DNA of 64,000 nucleotides. Origin: Nitrospirales bacterium. GTDB lineage: Bacteria > Nitrospirota > Nitrospiria > Nitrospirales > UBA8639. The stretch lies in assembly GCA_965223295.1 (NCBI GenBank), contig CBDCWC010000002.1, positions 800,001-864,000 of the forward strand, given 5' to 3'. The notes under the pieces were generated by a model. The model searched no databases. It worked only from the letters and a program-made list of their open reading frames with translations, and had not been told where the DNA came from. Below, piece after piece: positions 49,691-60,467 of this stretch. Position 1 is the first letter of the stretch. The number at the start of each line of letters is the position of its first letter. Position numbers and translations under genes: made by a program.

Positions 49691-51153
49691 CGTTCCTCCG
49701 ATCTTCTACCAATCCATGTCCCTGGAAAGAACAGGATCAACCACGCTAAAATTTCAAGTCTTCCCATAAGCATATCAACACACAGAACGCCTTTGAGCAT
49801 GGCAGGCAGATCCGAGCTCGTGATGCCAGCTGAAAGTCCTGCAGTGCCAGTGGCCGAGACAACCTCAAACAGTGCGTCCAAGGGATCATATCCCATGATG
49901 ACAAAGGGAAACCAGGAAATAAGAACCACAGCTCCGAAAAGAAGAATAAGGGTCAAGGCTTCTCGAATTTGGCTGTCAGATAACCGCTCGCCATGAATCC
50001 GTGGTTCAACCACTGTATGTCTTGGCACACAGATTCGTAAGATGAAAATCTGCAGCAGTCGTAGAAAAATTAAGAGACGGAGAATTTTGAACCCTCCAGC
50101 CGTCGACCCGGTGCCGCCACCAATCATCATAGCTACAATGAGCGTTAGTTTTGATCCGGGGTCGAAGTCTGCGAGATTGTGAGTAGCAAAACCTGCTGTT
50201 GATTGAGCTGAGAACGCCATTAGCGGGGCAGAGTGTAATGAGTCAGAGAACGAAAGTGTATTAGATTGCCACAGACACCACCCCAAAAGAAGTGAGACGA
50301 TCATTCCACTGATCACCAGTGCTCGAAGTTGAACGATATGCATTATCGGGGGATATTTTCTTTGACTCACTACATGATAAAACGCAAGAGGAACTGCTCC
50401 TAACACGCAACTCCCAATCACCCAGGCTTGGGAAGACCAGGCATTGAGCCCCGCGAGACTTCCGTCGTGAGGAGCAAAGCCACCAGTAGAGACCGCGGCA
50501 AAGGTGTAGAGTATTGATGAAAACGGATCAACCCCTAGCAACCATAGCCCGATGATGCCAAAACAGGTCAATCCGCCATACACCATTAGCACTCGGTTCG
50601 TATGCTTCTTCGTTCCGCCAACAAGGTCTTCTTGGTCAGCTTCACTGGCTGATAAGCCTTTCGCGACCAACCCGGGTTCGGCTACGAGGGCAAGCGACAG
50701 CACAACAATACCTAACCCGCCGTACCACTGCATCCACGCACGAGCAAACAAAAAGGTCGAGGATGTTCCCTCTAACGTGGATAGTGTACTCAACCCTGTT
50801 GTGGTCCCACCAGAAATGGCTTCAAAGAAGGCATCCTGAAAACTTAGCCCTGCCGCCATCATCGGATAGGACATAATTAGCGGTGTAAATAAAAACATTA
50901 GAGCAACAAGGACCATGCCTTCGTTCGGTTGAACTCTGGTGGGAACATGCAAGCGACTCAAAAACCCGCCTAGGATTACTAAACTCACGATGATCAGAAT
51001 ATATCTCATGGTGCTCTCAGTATCATGAAACAGAAGAGAAACACTAAATGGCACAAGCGTGAGCCCTGCCAAAACCAAGCACAGTTGTCCAAAATATTTG
51101 AATATCACCCGGAGGCGGACAGCATGTCGCAAAGCCGCAGCTTGCTTGATCAT
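49687..51153 (-). CDS. trkH: Trk potassium uptake membrane subunit
   Basis: FFEAISG.TTTGLS, QWYGGLGIV, VSTGGF, STAGF, GGGTGSTAGGFKI, FEVVSA.GT.GLS.G, MLMGRLEI. Confidence 0.92.
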   Translation of the reverse strand: MIKQAAALRHAVRLRVIFKYFGQLCLVLAGLTLVPFSVSLLFHDTESTMRYILIIVSLVILGGFLSRLHVPTRVQPNEGMVLVALMFLFTPLIMSYPMMAAGLSFQDAFFEAISGGTTTGLSTLSTLEGTSSTFLFARAWMQWYGGLGIVVLSLALVAEPGLVAKGLSASEADQEDLVGGTKKHTNRVLMVYGGLTCFGIIGLWLLGVDPFSSILYTFAAVSTGGFAPHDGSLAGLNAWSSQAWVIGSCVLGAVPLAFYHVVSQRKYPPIMHIVQLRALVISGMIVSLLLGWCLWQSNTLSFSDSLHSAPLMAFSAQSTAGFATHNLADFDPGSKLTLIVAMMIGGGTGSTAGGFKILRLLIFLRLLQIFILRICVPRHTVVEPRIHGERLSDSQIREALTLILLFGAVVLISWFPFVIMGYDPLDALFEVVSATGTAGLSAGITSSDLPAMLKGVLCVDMLMGRLEILAWLILFFPGTWIGRRSEER

Positions 51154-51615
51154 AGAATCTGCTTTCCCATTTCTTACAGGACTTCCTTATTATGGATCAT
51201 CTGTTCATCCCTAGCCACTTCAAATTCGGGCTATTCCCACTTACTTTGATGATGTGTGTGGTTGTTGTCAAAAGACGCAATACAGACCTAGAGAGAGGAA
51301 AACCATGGCAAAGTCGTGTTCTTGTGAAAGTTGCTTGAGTTAAATCTTGCAGCTTCTTTTCACAGTCTTATGTGGTAGGAAAATGTTTGCGATCGGAGTG
51401 ACAAGAGTGAAAAGAGACTTGATAACTCAAAGAAAGGACATTTCATATCATCTTGAAAATCATTGAGCTTCACTCATAGCAATTGGGGTTCTCAAACACG
51501 ATTTCACGGTAATGATAAGTTTCAAGTATTGCATAGGGTCTCACTAGCATAACGATTAAAAACCCACCGCACCGCCACTTTAGAGATTCATATGAGTAAA
51601 ACTACAGGTATATCC

Positions 51616-51771
51616 CTATACTCGTCCTTTCACAAAACCAACAATCGCAAAGATGAGAAATACAACGAACAGAACCCATGCAATTTGAGTGGCAGCTCCA
51701 GCCACACCAGATAGACCTAAAAGCCCAGCAATAATTGCGATGACCAGAAAAGTGATTGCCCAGTTTAACAT
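51616..51771 (-). CDS. Second DUF1328 (UPF0391/YtjA-like) small membrane protein
   Basis: [62 protein letters not shown]; not in ORF track. Confidence 0.92.
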   Translation of the reverse strand: MLNWAITFLVIAIIAGLLGLSGVAGAATQIAWVLFVVFLIFAIVGFVKGRV

Positions 51772-51823
51772 AATGCCCTCCTTAGTTATGAAATAATTAA
51801 TTTATAAAACAAATTCTAGACAT

Positions 51824-53191
51824 TTAGATGTTCGGACCTGACGAACCCGCAGGATAGGTCTTGAGTTCTACATGTCCCTTATTCCAAGCGGTGGTTATTG
51901 GATCCATAATCCGCCACATTTCCTCGACTTCATCATCTCGAACGAAAAGAGTCGAATCACCCTCAAACGCATCAAGGAAAAGGTGCCCATACGCCGGAAT
52001 CTCTTGCTTGGTGAGTGTAGTTTTCAATTCAAACTCTTCTAAATCAAAAGCTTCGCCGGGTCCATTGAAATTAACAGTAATGCTAATCCTGTCAGGATTG
52101 AGCTGCATGCGCAGCACATTAGCCGACGGACATATATCCGTTCCGAATGCCAAATGGGGAACATCTTTAAAATAAATAGCTATTTCCTGCCGGTCATGGT
52201 TCAAAGCTTTGCCGGACCTCAATGTAAACGGCACACCGGCCCATCGCCAGTTATCAATCCATAACGTGACTTGGGCAAAGGTTTCTGTGCCTCGCTGAGC
52301 ATCGACTCCCTCCTCGTCTACATACGCAGGAATGGCTTTACTTGCTATGGTACCAGCGCTATATCTGGCTCGCACTGTATATTGTTCCACTTCTTTGGGA
52401 CTCATTTGTCTAACGGCTCGCAGCAGATCGACTTTACGATCTCGAAAATCTCGGTCATGAAAAGAAATAGGTGGCTCCATGCCGATCAAGCAAAGGAGCT
52501 GAAGAAGGTGGTTTTGAATCATATCCAATAAAGCCCCCGACGTATCATAGTAAGACGCGCGACCTTCCAAGGCTAAGGTTTCGTCCCAAACAATCTCAAC
52601 CCTTTCGATGTGATGGTTATTCCAGCATGGCTCAAACAAACGATTGGCGAAACGAAACCCTAAAGTATTTTTCACCGTTTGTTTCCCTAAGAAGTGATCA
52701 ATGCGAAACACATTTTTTTCCGAAAAATCCTTCTTGAGAAGTTGATTGAGCTTTTGAGCTGTCTTCAGATCCTCTCCAAACGGCTTTTCTACGATTAGCC
52801 GACTTTCCTCATGAAGCTTTAGTTGACCAAGAGCTTTGATGGTTGGCACAAACACCGCCGGAGGTAAAGCCAGGAAAAAGAGGAAAGGGTCTGTCGAAGA
52901 TCCAAGTGCATGTTTAATCTGTTCGTGATCTCCCGTGTTTGCGATGTGTTTGTACTCAATTCGTGAGATGATCTGTTCCTCGCATTCTTTACTAAAATTT
53001 CCAGAATGACTTTTCAGCAGTTTTTGTGCGTACTCACGATACTCCGAAGTATTCCATTCTCTTCTTGATAGGGCCAAGATAGACAGATCGTCAGGTACGC
53101 GCTCTGCCTCAACCAAATGCATAAGTGCTGGCAAAAGATAGCGAGTCGTCAAATCACCGGATGCACCAAAGATGACCAATTGATGAATCAT
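51824..53191 (-). CDS. zwf: Glucose-6-phosphate 1-dehydrogenase
   Basis: IFGASGDL, EKPFG.DL, FRIDHFLGK, DMIQNHLLQ, DNWRWAGVPF.LR.GK. Confidence 0.95.
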   Translation of the reverse strand: MIHQLVIFGASGDLTTRYLLPALMHLVEAERVPDDLSILALSRREWNTSEYREYAQKLLKSHSGNFSKECEEQIISRIEYKHIANTGDHEQIKHALGSSTDPFLFFLALPPAVFVPTIKALGQLKLHEESRLIVEKPFGEDLKTAQKLNQLLKKDFSEKNVFRIDHFLGKQTVKNTLGFRFANRLFEPCWNNHHIERVEIVWDETLALEGRASYYDTSGALLDMIQNHLLQLLCLIGMEPPISFHDRDFRDRKVDLLRAVRQMSPKEVEQYTVRARYSAGTIASKAIPAYVDEEGVDAQRGTETFAQVTLWIDNWRWAGVPFTLRSGKALNHDRQEIAIYFKDVPHLAFGTDICPSANVLRMQLNPDRISITVNFNGPGEAFDLEEFELKTTLTKQEIPAYGHLFLDAFEGDSTLFVRDDEVEEMWRIMDPITTAWNKGHVELKTYPAGSSGPNI

Positions 53192-53225
53192 TTCGCGACT
53201 CCTCTAAAGTTGTAATCAATATGTA

Positions 53226-54586
53226 TCATGGTCGTGAGTTTGTCTGGCACTTTGGACTTGATAGCCTAAGAAGCAGCCATCCTCCAAATCCCGCTATCAA
53301 TGGAACCAGAAGAATTTCTGCCTTAGCCGCGGCAATGAGACTTGCATCCTGAAAAGCTAAATTGGCGATAAAAATAGACATCGTAAATCCAATACCTCCG
53401 AGCCAACCGACTCCATAAATTTGTCGCCATGTCACACCTTCGGGAAGGGTTCCCATACTCATGCGAACAGCCACCCAAGTAAAAAACGTGATCCCAAGTT
53501 GCTTTCCAAGCAGAAGACCAACCATAATTCCTATAGGCACGGAATGAGACAGCACATCAACAATATCATCCTTTATCACAATTCCTGCATTGGCCAAGGC
53601 AAATAGGGGGCATTACTATAAAGGCTACCCAAGGATTAAAAATATTTTCGAGACGTTGGAGTGGAGCCTGTACGAGTTCCCCACTGACTTTTACAGCTTC
53701 TGCGGCCTCAGCCTGTCCTACATTAGACAGTACGGGAGTATGGGCCGAACCTTTTTGCTTGAACACACTCAAAAATTTTTCAGCTTTTTGCGTAAATTCT
53801 CTTTGACGAATCTTCGACTTGGCAGGAATGGTCAAGGCGACAAGGACACCAGCAACGGCAGCGTGAATGCCAGATAATAAAAAGGCAAGCCAAACTCCTC
53901 CAATGCCTAAAAAGGCATACACAAGAGAATATCGAATACCAAGGACATTGGCGCCAAAGAGACAGAGTAGACTCAAACCAGCCACAGCGAGAGGAGCTAC
54001 CACAATATGGTCTGAATAAACCAAGGCAATAATGACTATCGCCCCTAAATCATCCACGATAGTAAATCCCACGAGAAAAACTTTCAGGCCAAGAGGAATC
54101 CTGTTAAAAGGGCCAAAATCCCCAGTGCAAAGGCTATATCCGTGGCCATAGGAATGCCCCAGCCTGCTTCACCAAGATGGCCATAGTTAAAATAAAGATA
54201 GAAGCCAGCAGGAACGATCATTCCACCAAACGCCGCAGCGAGAGGTAACACCATCTGGCGAGGCTCTGAAAGTTCACCAACCAATATTTCCTGTTTAATT
54301 TCCAACCCACCACAAAGAAAAATACAGCCATGAGGCCGTCGTGAATCCACTTGAGTAATGGTTTTACTAGGATGGCTTCTCCAATCCCAATAACGACGGA
54401 GGTTTGCCACAATGTGAAATACGTATCTGTGAATGGAGAATTGGCCCACACCAAGGCGATGACGGTCATGAAACCTAACAGGATCCCACTGCTGGCTTCG
54501 TATTGAATGAAACGATTGAACGGCGAAAATACCGTTTCAATTGGAGGTTCGTCTGCAGACTCCTTGGCCTTTTTAATAAGATTCAT
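53226..54586 (-). pseudogene. nhaA: Na+/H+ antiporter NhaA, split by three frameshifts
   Basis: Four consecutive ORF pieces: ANSP...[24 protein letters not shown]...[23 protein letters not shown]...SGIHA; ANAG...GKQLGI...GIGFTMSIFIANLAF. Confidence 0.9.
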
Positions 54587-54931
54587 GGCTTACATTATTG
54601 CTCTGTTAGGAAAATTGTGATGTATGCCGTTGCTTCGGAGTAGATGATAATACAGTCCTCGGTCACAATATACTGTACAAAACTCAGAGTAAGAGATGGA
54701 TTTATATTCCAGAAAAAAGGAAGGAAAACTTATTCAACTAAAGCATCATAAAGCTCAAAAAATGATATTTCTTAAAAAGGTTTAGTTTTGTCGCTGTTTT
54801 TTTACCACACACTACACCACGGCAAATGTTTTTATGAAAACTTTTGCACTCACCATATACATTATTGAGTTTATTCAAAATTATTGCAGTAAATACAATT
54901 TGACCTTCAAGAAGGTGATCGCATACCCAGT

Positions 54932-55736
54932 ATGGATCCTACAGTAGAGAAGCTCATTGAAAGTAAAAATTTGATAGGCTTGGCGAGTCACTTGAAAGGT
55001 CTCCCGGCACCGGAAATAGCAGACCTACTCACCAACTTTTCGGATGTTCATTACGCAGAAATTTACCAAAACCTTCCTTTCGGAAAACAGGTAGAGACGT
55101 TCTCACATTCAGATAAAGAAAAACAAAAAACTTTAGCTATTGAACTCACCGACCAAGAAGCGGCGACACTTTTATCAAACCTTTGTCATGAAGACCGGAC
55201 TCGTTTCTTAGAGAACCTACCGAGTGAAACAAGGGATAAATTTCTTCACTTGCTAAGTCATGAAAATTCAACCACTTCACGTCAATTGTTGAGTTTTCCT
55301 ATCGAAAGTGTTGGACGGCATATGACGCCAGATTTCATCACGGTTCTACCGGACTGGACCATTGAAAATGGCCTTAGCACATATTCGTATCAAAGGACAG
55401 GAAACAGAAATGGTGGGCACGATTTATGTCACAACGGAAGATGGCACACTCGTCGATGCACTTGAATTAGAGGAATTTATACTAGGAAATCCCTCTGACC
55501 ACATTCACCAAATTATGGATCATTTATTTGTGACACTCTCACCAGAAGATGATCGAGAGGAGGCGGTACGAAAAATCCAAAAATACGATCTTTATGCAAT
55601 TCCGGTTATCGATGAGCAACATCACCTAGTAGGCGCTATCACAGCAGAAGAGATTACTGAAGATTTTCATAAAGGGGCATCGGACATTTATTCGTATGCG
55701 TCAGATGTTGGCGACTCACAAAGACTTGGCTCGTAA
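54932..55736 (+). pseudogene. mgtE: MgtE magnesium transporter, frameshifted and lacking the TM domain
   Basis: MgtE_N-like region, SVGRHMTPDF...PDWT, frameshift near 55365, CBS pair (DREEAV..IQKYDL.AIPV.D), EE.TEDFHK then an early stop. Confidence 0.85.
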
Positions 55737-55791
55737 GGTTGAGAAACACAATAAAGAAATTGCTGCCTAGTATGACTACCTGCGAGAGCTA

Positions 55792-56269
55792 CTAGAACCT
55801 CCTAAATCTTCCAAGCGACGGATTGGTTATGTTCAGCAGTAAGAACATGACGAACCCTTTTTCGATAAAGAAACCAAATTGTTGACTCTTGATGGGTTGT
55901 GGTAAGCGGATCAACAGCATAATACTGATATTGACTTCGATGGCTTTTTCACTGTGGAGCACACTCGACAGCATGGCACCCAGGTTCGGTAAAGGCTAAA
56001 GGAGGTTTTCTCAGCCCCATTTTTAAAGAAGAATTGGATATCATAATTTGTGATTTCCAATTTTCCAGCTCCTCCTTCGTCAATTAAAACATAAAATCTT
56101 TCGGAAATCGTTGAACATTGCGATTGACAGCCTGATTGAGTGCTCTGGTTTCTACTCCATATAAATCGGCTAAATCCCAGTCGAGCATCACTTTTTTACC
56201 ACGGATCAGGTAAATCGCACTCGCGATACGTTCAACTGGGATCACAGATTTAGAACTTTTCTTGGACAT
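55792..56269 (-). pseudogene. ORF6N-domain (KilA-N-related) DNA-binding protein pseudogene
   Basis: [40 protein letters not shown]...; after a frameshift MLSSVL.SE.AIEVNI.IM. Confidence 0.8.
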
Positions 56270-56874
56270 GATCCGCCTCTACGCATCCTCGAAAGAACAA
56301 CTAAGATGACCAGTATACGTATTACGCTACCACTCCAGGGAACATCAGAGAGCCCTCAGCCAATCGCTCGTCGAAGGTGGGCTCGCCCCCTCCTGCTCGC
56401 AACAGCGCGTGTGCCTTGATGTTGTAAGGAGACTAGCGAAAGCACAAAGAGAGAACTAACATCGAAACACACACACAAAGCTGAACACGTCCTCCTCGAG
56501 ATCACCGTGTCCATCAAGTTTGCCCAGTGTTTCTGCGCGCCCGTGTTGTGCCTATGGTTGTGCCCGCGAGCACTCTCATTTAACACATCATCACCCAAAC
56601 ACACTAGAAAACTCCTCGAAAACGTAATAGTTTCCACGAGGTTATATAAACGGCTTGAAATTGAAAGCCGGCACTTCGGGAACCCGTTTTTGTCGGTATT
56701 TTCTCATTCCTGCTGCAACCTACCTCTCTTCAGCTCACTCCGTTCTTAGATCGTAATATAGAAATATGGGATAGCATTAAACCTTTACATAACTAACCCC
56801 CGACGACACACGGTTGAGAAGAAAAGGCTCATGGGGAGGATTCATTTCATCACTCACAATAAAGGAACGGCATC

Positions 56875-57081
56875 ATGACAACTGACATCAGAAAAAACCA
56901 GAGGAAGAGATTGGCAAGCGGGGAAAATCTCCATGACCAGCGGTCGCTCAATATCAAGGAGACGGCAGCCTACACGGGCCCCCCTGTCCAAACGATCTAC
57001 ACCATGGTCTCCCAACGACGGATTCTTTACGTCAAAGTCGAGCGCCTCACAAAATTCGATCGAACCCTTCTGGATAAGTGA
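56875..57081 (+). CDS. Excisionase-like HTH protein, probably decayed
   Basis: LNIKETAAYTG..VQTIY.MVSQRRI.YVKV.RL.KFD...LDK; points toward the tRNA-Pro fragment. Confidence 0.65.
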   Translation: MTTDIRKNQRKRLASGENLHDQRSLNIKETAAYTGPPVQTIYTMVSQRRILYVKVERLTKFDRTLLDK

Positions 57082-57305
57082 CTCCGTGACCATGCGGTGC
57101 TTCTCATGTCCCACACATCGTGAAAACCGTCGTCGACCATGGGGGTCGCAATCGAGCGTCAGAATCTAGGGTTACATAGGTGTTAGAAAAAGCGCGAAAT
57201 GAGGACAAAACCAGGCAAGAGTTAGCTAACAGAAGCAAATAATGGTAAAGTGGTGATTCGCCAATGGTGATAAGGGTTTATGCGTCTTATTGTTAACTTA
57301 CGCGA

Positions 57306-57344
57306 TCCCAAAGCAGGCGCGCTACCGGGCTGCGCTACGCCCCG
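57306..57344 (-). pseudogene. 5' half of tRNA-Pro(TGG), truncated after the anticodon loop; putative att junction
   Basis: Minus strand CGGGGCGTAGCGCAGCCCGGTAGCGCGCCTGC-TTTGGGA, then TCGCG instead of the GCAGG needed to close the stem; no T-arm or acceptor end follows. Confidence 0.85.
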
Positions 57345-57952
57345 ACAGATGATGTGAAACCAAACTGATGTATTAAAAGATCTTTGGCCAACCGCAAGGC
57401 TTGCCCACGGTGGCTAATGGCACTTTTCTCAGCCATGGTCATTTCGGCCAAGGTTTTCTGGGCCTCTGGAACATAGAATACTGGATCATACCCGAAACCA
57501 TGGCTCCCGTAAAACTTATCGGCAATTTCGCCCTGCAACACCCCTTCAACAAGTTCGGTATTGCCGTCGGGATCAGAGAGAACGATGACCGTGAGAAATC
57601 GAGCCGCACGTTGACCGGCAGGAATACTCTGAAGTTCTTGTAATAGTTTTTTACAATTGTCTTGATAGGTGGCAGATTCTCCAGCATAACGTGCCGCATA
57701 CACACCTGGGCGCCCCTCTAACGCTTCAACTTCTAAGCCCGTATCATCAGCCAAGGCCCAATGGCCAGTTCTCTCTGCCGTTTCTCTAGCTTTTTTGACC
57801 GCATTTTCCTGACAAGTCTTGCCATCCTCGACAACTTCCGGCAAATCGGGAAAAGCCTCAAGTGAGAGAAAGGTGATGGGTAACTCCGTCAGCAATGCAC
57901 AGATTTCCTCCACCTTATGCTGATTTCTTGTCGCCAGCACCACGGTCTTCAT
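57335..57952 (-). CDS. rdgB: dITP/XTP pyrophosphatase
   Basis: LATRNQHK, ENAVKKA, ADDTGLEV.AL.G.PGVY.ARYAG, GFGYDPVF, K.AISHRG.AL. Confidence 0.95.
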   Translation of the reverse strand: MKTVVLATRNQHKVEEICALLTELPITFLSLEAFPDLPEVVEDGKTCQENAVKKARETAERTGHWALADDTGLEVEALEGRPGVYAARYAGESATYQDNCKKLLQELQSIPAGQRAARFLTVIVLSDPDGNTELVEGVLQGEIADKFYGSHGFGYDPVFYVPEAQKTLAEMTMAEKSAISHRGQALRLAKDLLIHQFGFTSSVGA

Positions 57953-57964
57953 CTCCACATTCAA

Positions 57965-58711
57965 TTAATTCAGGCTCCCTACCAACTCTTTTTGAAGCTT
58001 GACCAAATCTTGAATTCCGCTCCAACCTAAGGCCACAAATTCATCCATATCTTCTTTTGAAAAGGGTGCATGCTCGGCCGTACCCTGCACTTCAACCATG
58101 CGTCCGTTGCCAGTCATAACCAGATTCATATCCACATCCGCTTGCGAGTCTTCTTCATACGCCAAATCCAACCGAACTTCGCCCGCAACCTTTCCAACAC
58201 TAATGGCAGCCAAATAATCCAACAAAGGACATTGCTTAATGCGGTTTTTGGCTTTCAACATAGCAAAAGCATCAGCTAACGCGATAAACGATCCAGTAAT
58301 TGAGGCCGTTCGCGTGCCTCCATCAGCCTGAATCACATCACAATCAATCCATACAGTCCGTTCTCCCATTTGATGCATATCCGTCACAGCCCGAAGCGCC
58401 CGCCCTACTAACCGTTGAATTTCCAATGTTCGCCCGCCCTGTTTACCCTTGCTCGCTTCTCGAGACATCCGATCATGCGTTGATCGAGGAAGCATCCCAT
58501 ATTCCGCGGTAATCCACCCTTGTCCCTTATCGCGCAAAAATGGTGGAACTTTTTCTTCAACAGAAGCCGTACAGACCACTTTCGTTTCGCCCATTTCAAT
58601 GAGGACCGAGCCTTCTGCATATTTCGTAAAAGGACGCGTGATCTTGATCGGACGAAGATCTCGTGGGCCTCGATTATCAGTCCTGACAATTTCAGATGGT
58701 AACAAGGTCAT
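57965..58711 (-). CDS. rph: Ribonuclease PH
   Basis: [58 protein letters not shown]. Confidence 0.97.
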   Translation of the reverse strand: MTLLPSEIVRTDNRGPRDLRPIKITRPFTKYAEGSVLIEMGETKVVCTASVEEKVPPFLRDKGQGWITAEYGMLPRSTHDRMSREASKGKQGGRTLEIQRLVGRALRAVTDMHQMGERTVWIDCDVIQADGGTRTASITGSFIALADAFAMLKAKNRIKQCPLLDYLAAISVGKVAGEVRLDLAYEEDSQADVDMNLVMTGNGRMVEVQGTAEHAPFSKEDMDEFVALGWSGIQDLVKLQKELVGSLN

Positions 58712-59068
58712 TCCTTTCAGAGACAATCAGTAAAAAATGGAGATGAATTATAGAGAGCACTTTCCCAAAAAACAACATGAATACCCATGAGTTTAAATAC
58801 CAGAATTCCTTCAGCCCCACACCGCCACAGCTCTCCTAACCTGTAAAACTCCGACCTGCTTTCACCTTGGCTTTTGACGCCTTTGAATCACTCGTTTGGC
58901 AAAAAGTAACCCCACAATTAGAACAACAATAAAAACAATAAATTCTGTCTCATAAGGAAAATTATACGGCATTGTCTCAGAAAGCACTGAAAACACTACA
59001 AGGACGCGCACAGATTCATTGACTGCTAAAGATGCCCATGATAAATTCGAATTCCTTCCGACGCAACC

Positions 59069-60352
59069 ATGCACGATCCCCGCTTACTCTATGACAGCCG
59101 TGACTCCCTTCGTGAGCAACTAGGTCCGCGAGGCACAGATGTGCCCTGGGACACCATTCAATCTCTTTCCGAGAAACGCCGCGCTCTAATTCGACAAATC
59201 GAAGACCTGCGTCACCAACTCAAGCAGGGATCCGACCAAATAGCCCAATTAAAACGAAATAAACAACCAGCAGAAGAACCCATGGCTCGGCTGAGGCAAA
59301 CGCGGGAAGAAATTCAAACTTTGGAGGGCACATTACGCAACGTGGAGGACCCGCTGCGAGATCAGGCACTTACGATTCCCAATTTGCCCCATCAATCGGT
59401 TCCCAATGGCACGGATGAGCAAGCCAATCAGGAAATCCGTCGTTGGGGTGAACCACCAGCCTTTACCTTCACGCCACGCTCACATCACGACCTTGGGGAA
59501 AAATTGGGCATTCTTGATTTTCCACGTGCCACTAAAATTTCCGGAGCTCGTTTTTCCATTGGCATAGGCCTAGGCGCACAACTGGAACGAGCTCTAGCTA
59601 ATTTTATGTTAGATGTCCATACCCAAGAACATGGGTATACTGAGGTTTTGCCTCCAGTCATTGTAAACCGCTCAAGCATGACAGGGACCGGACAATTACC
59701 AAAATTTGAAGAAGATGCTTTTCATTTACAGACCGAAGACTTCTTTCTCATCCCTACAGCCGAGGTCCCGGTCACCAATTTTTATCGTGACGACATCCTG
59801 CAATCTGACCAATTGCCTATTCGTTATGTCGCTCATTCATCCTGCTTCAGGCGGGAAGCCGGTTCCTATGGGAAAGACACGCAAGGCTTAATCAGAGTGC
59901 ATCAGTTTCAAAAAGTGGAACTCGTTAACTTTGTCTATCCAGATCAATCCTATGACGAATTGGAACGGTTAACCAACGCCGCAGAAACGATTTTACAAAA
60001 ACTCCAATTGCCTTATCGCGTCATGGCCCTATGCACAGGAGATCTAGGATTTTCAGCCGCTAAAACCTATGATTTGGAAGTCTGGCTTCCATCCCAAAAA
60101 CGTTATCGAGAAATTTCGTCCTGTAGTAACTTTGAAGCATTCCAGGCCAGACGCGCGAATATTCGGTTCCGTTCTAAGAAAGAAAAACCCCAGTTTGTCC
60201 ATACACTCAATGGCTCAGGACTGGCTGTTGGCCGAACAGTCGTCGCTATCCTCGAAAACTACCAACAAGCCGACGGATCGGTTACAATTCCTGAAATACT
60301 GCAACCCTATCTGCATGGAGTTACAAGCATCAAACCCTCAAGCCAACGATAA
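59069..60352 (+). CDS. serS: Serine--tRNA ligase
   Basis: N-terminal coiled coil; [60 protein letters not shown]. Confidence 0.97.
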   Translation: MHDPRLLYDSRDSLREQLGPRGTDVPWDTIQSLSEKRRALIRQIEDLRHQLKQGSDQIAQLKRNKQPAEEPMARLRQTREEIQTLEGTLRNVEDPLRDQALTIPNLPHQSVPNGTDEQANQEIRRWGEPPAFTFTPRSHHDLGEKLGILDFPRATKISGARFSIGIGLGAQLERALANFMLDVHTQEHGYTEVLPPVIVNRSSMTGTGQLPKFEEDAFHLQTEDFFLIPTAEVPVTNFYRDDILQSDQLPIRYVAHSSCFRREAGSYGKDTQGLIRVHQFQKVELVNFVYPDQSYDELERLTNAAETILQKLQLPYRVMALCTGDLGFSAAKTYDLEVWLPSQKRYREISSCSNFEAFQARRANIRFRSKKEKPQFVHTLNGSGLAVGRTVVAILENYQQADGSVTIPEILQPYLHGVTSIKPSSQR

Positions 60353-60379
60353 TCAAACCATTTACCATCAGAGATCTTT

Positions 60380-60467
60380 GGAGGGGTGCTAGAGTGGTCG
60401 AATAGACCGGTCTTGAAAACCGGCGTGGTGCAAGCCACCGTGGGTTCGAATCCCACCCCCTCCGCCA
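60380..60467 (+). tRNA. tRNA-Ser(TGA)
   Basis: GGAGGGG acceptor stem, anticodon arm CCGGT-CTTGAAA-ACCGG, long variable arm, GGTTCGAATCC, 3' CCA. Confidence 0.95.

Noticed and set aside
57200-57305. Group I intron interrupting tRNA-Pro
   Set aside because: The break is after the whole anticodon loop, and no intron core or 3' exon is visible nearby; an att junction fits better
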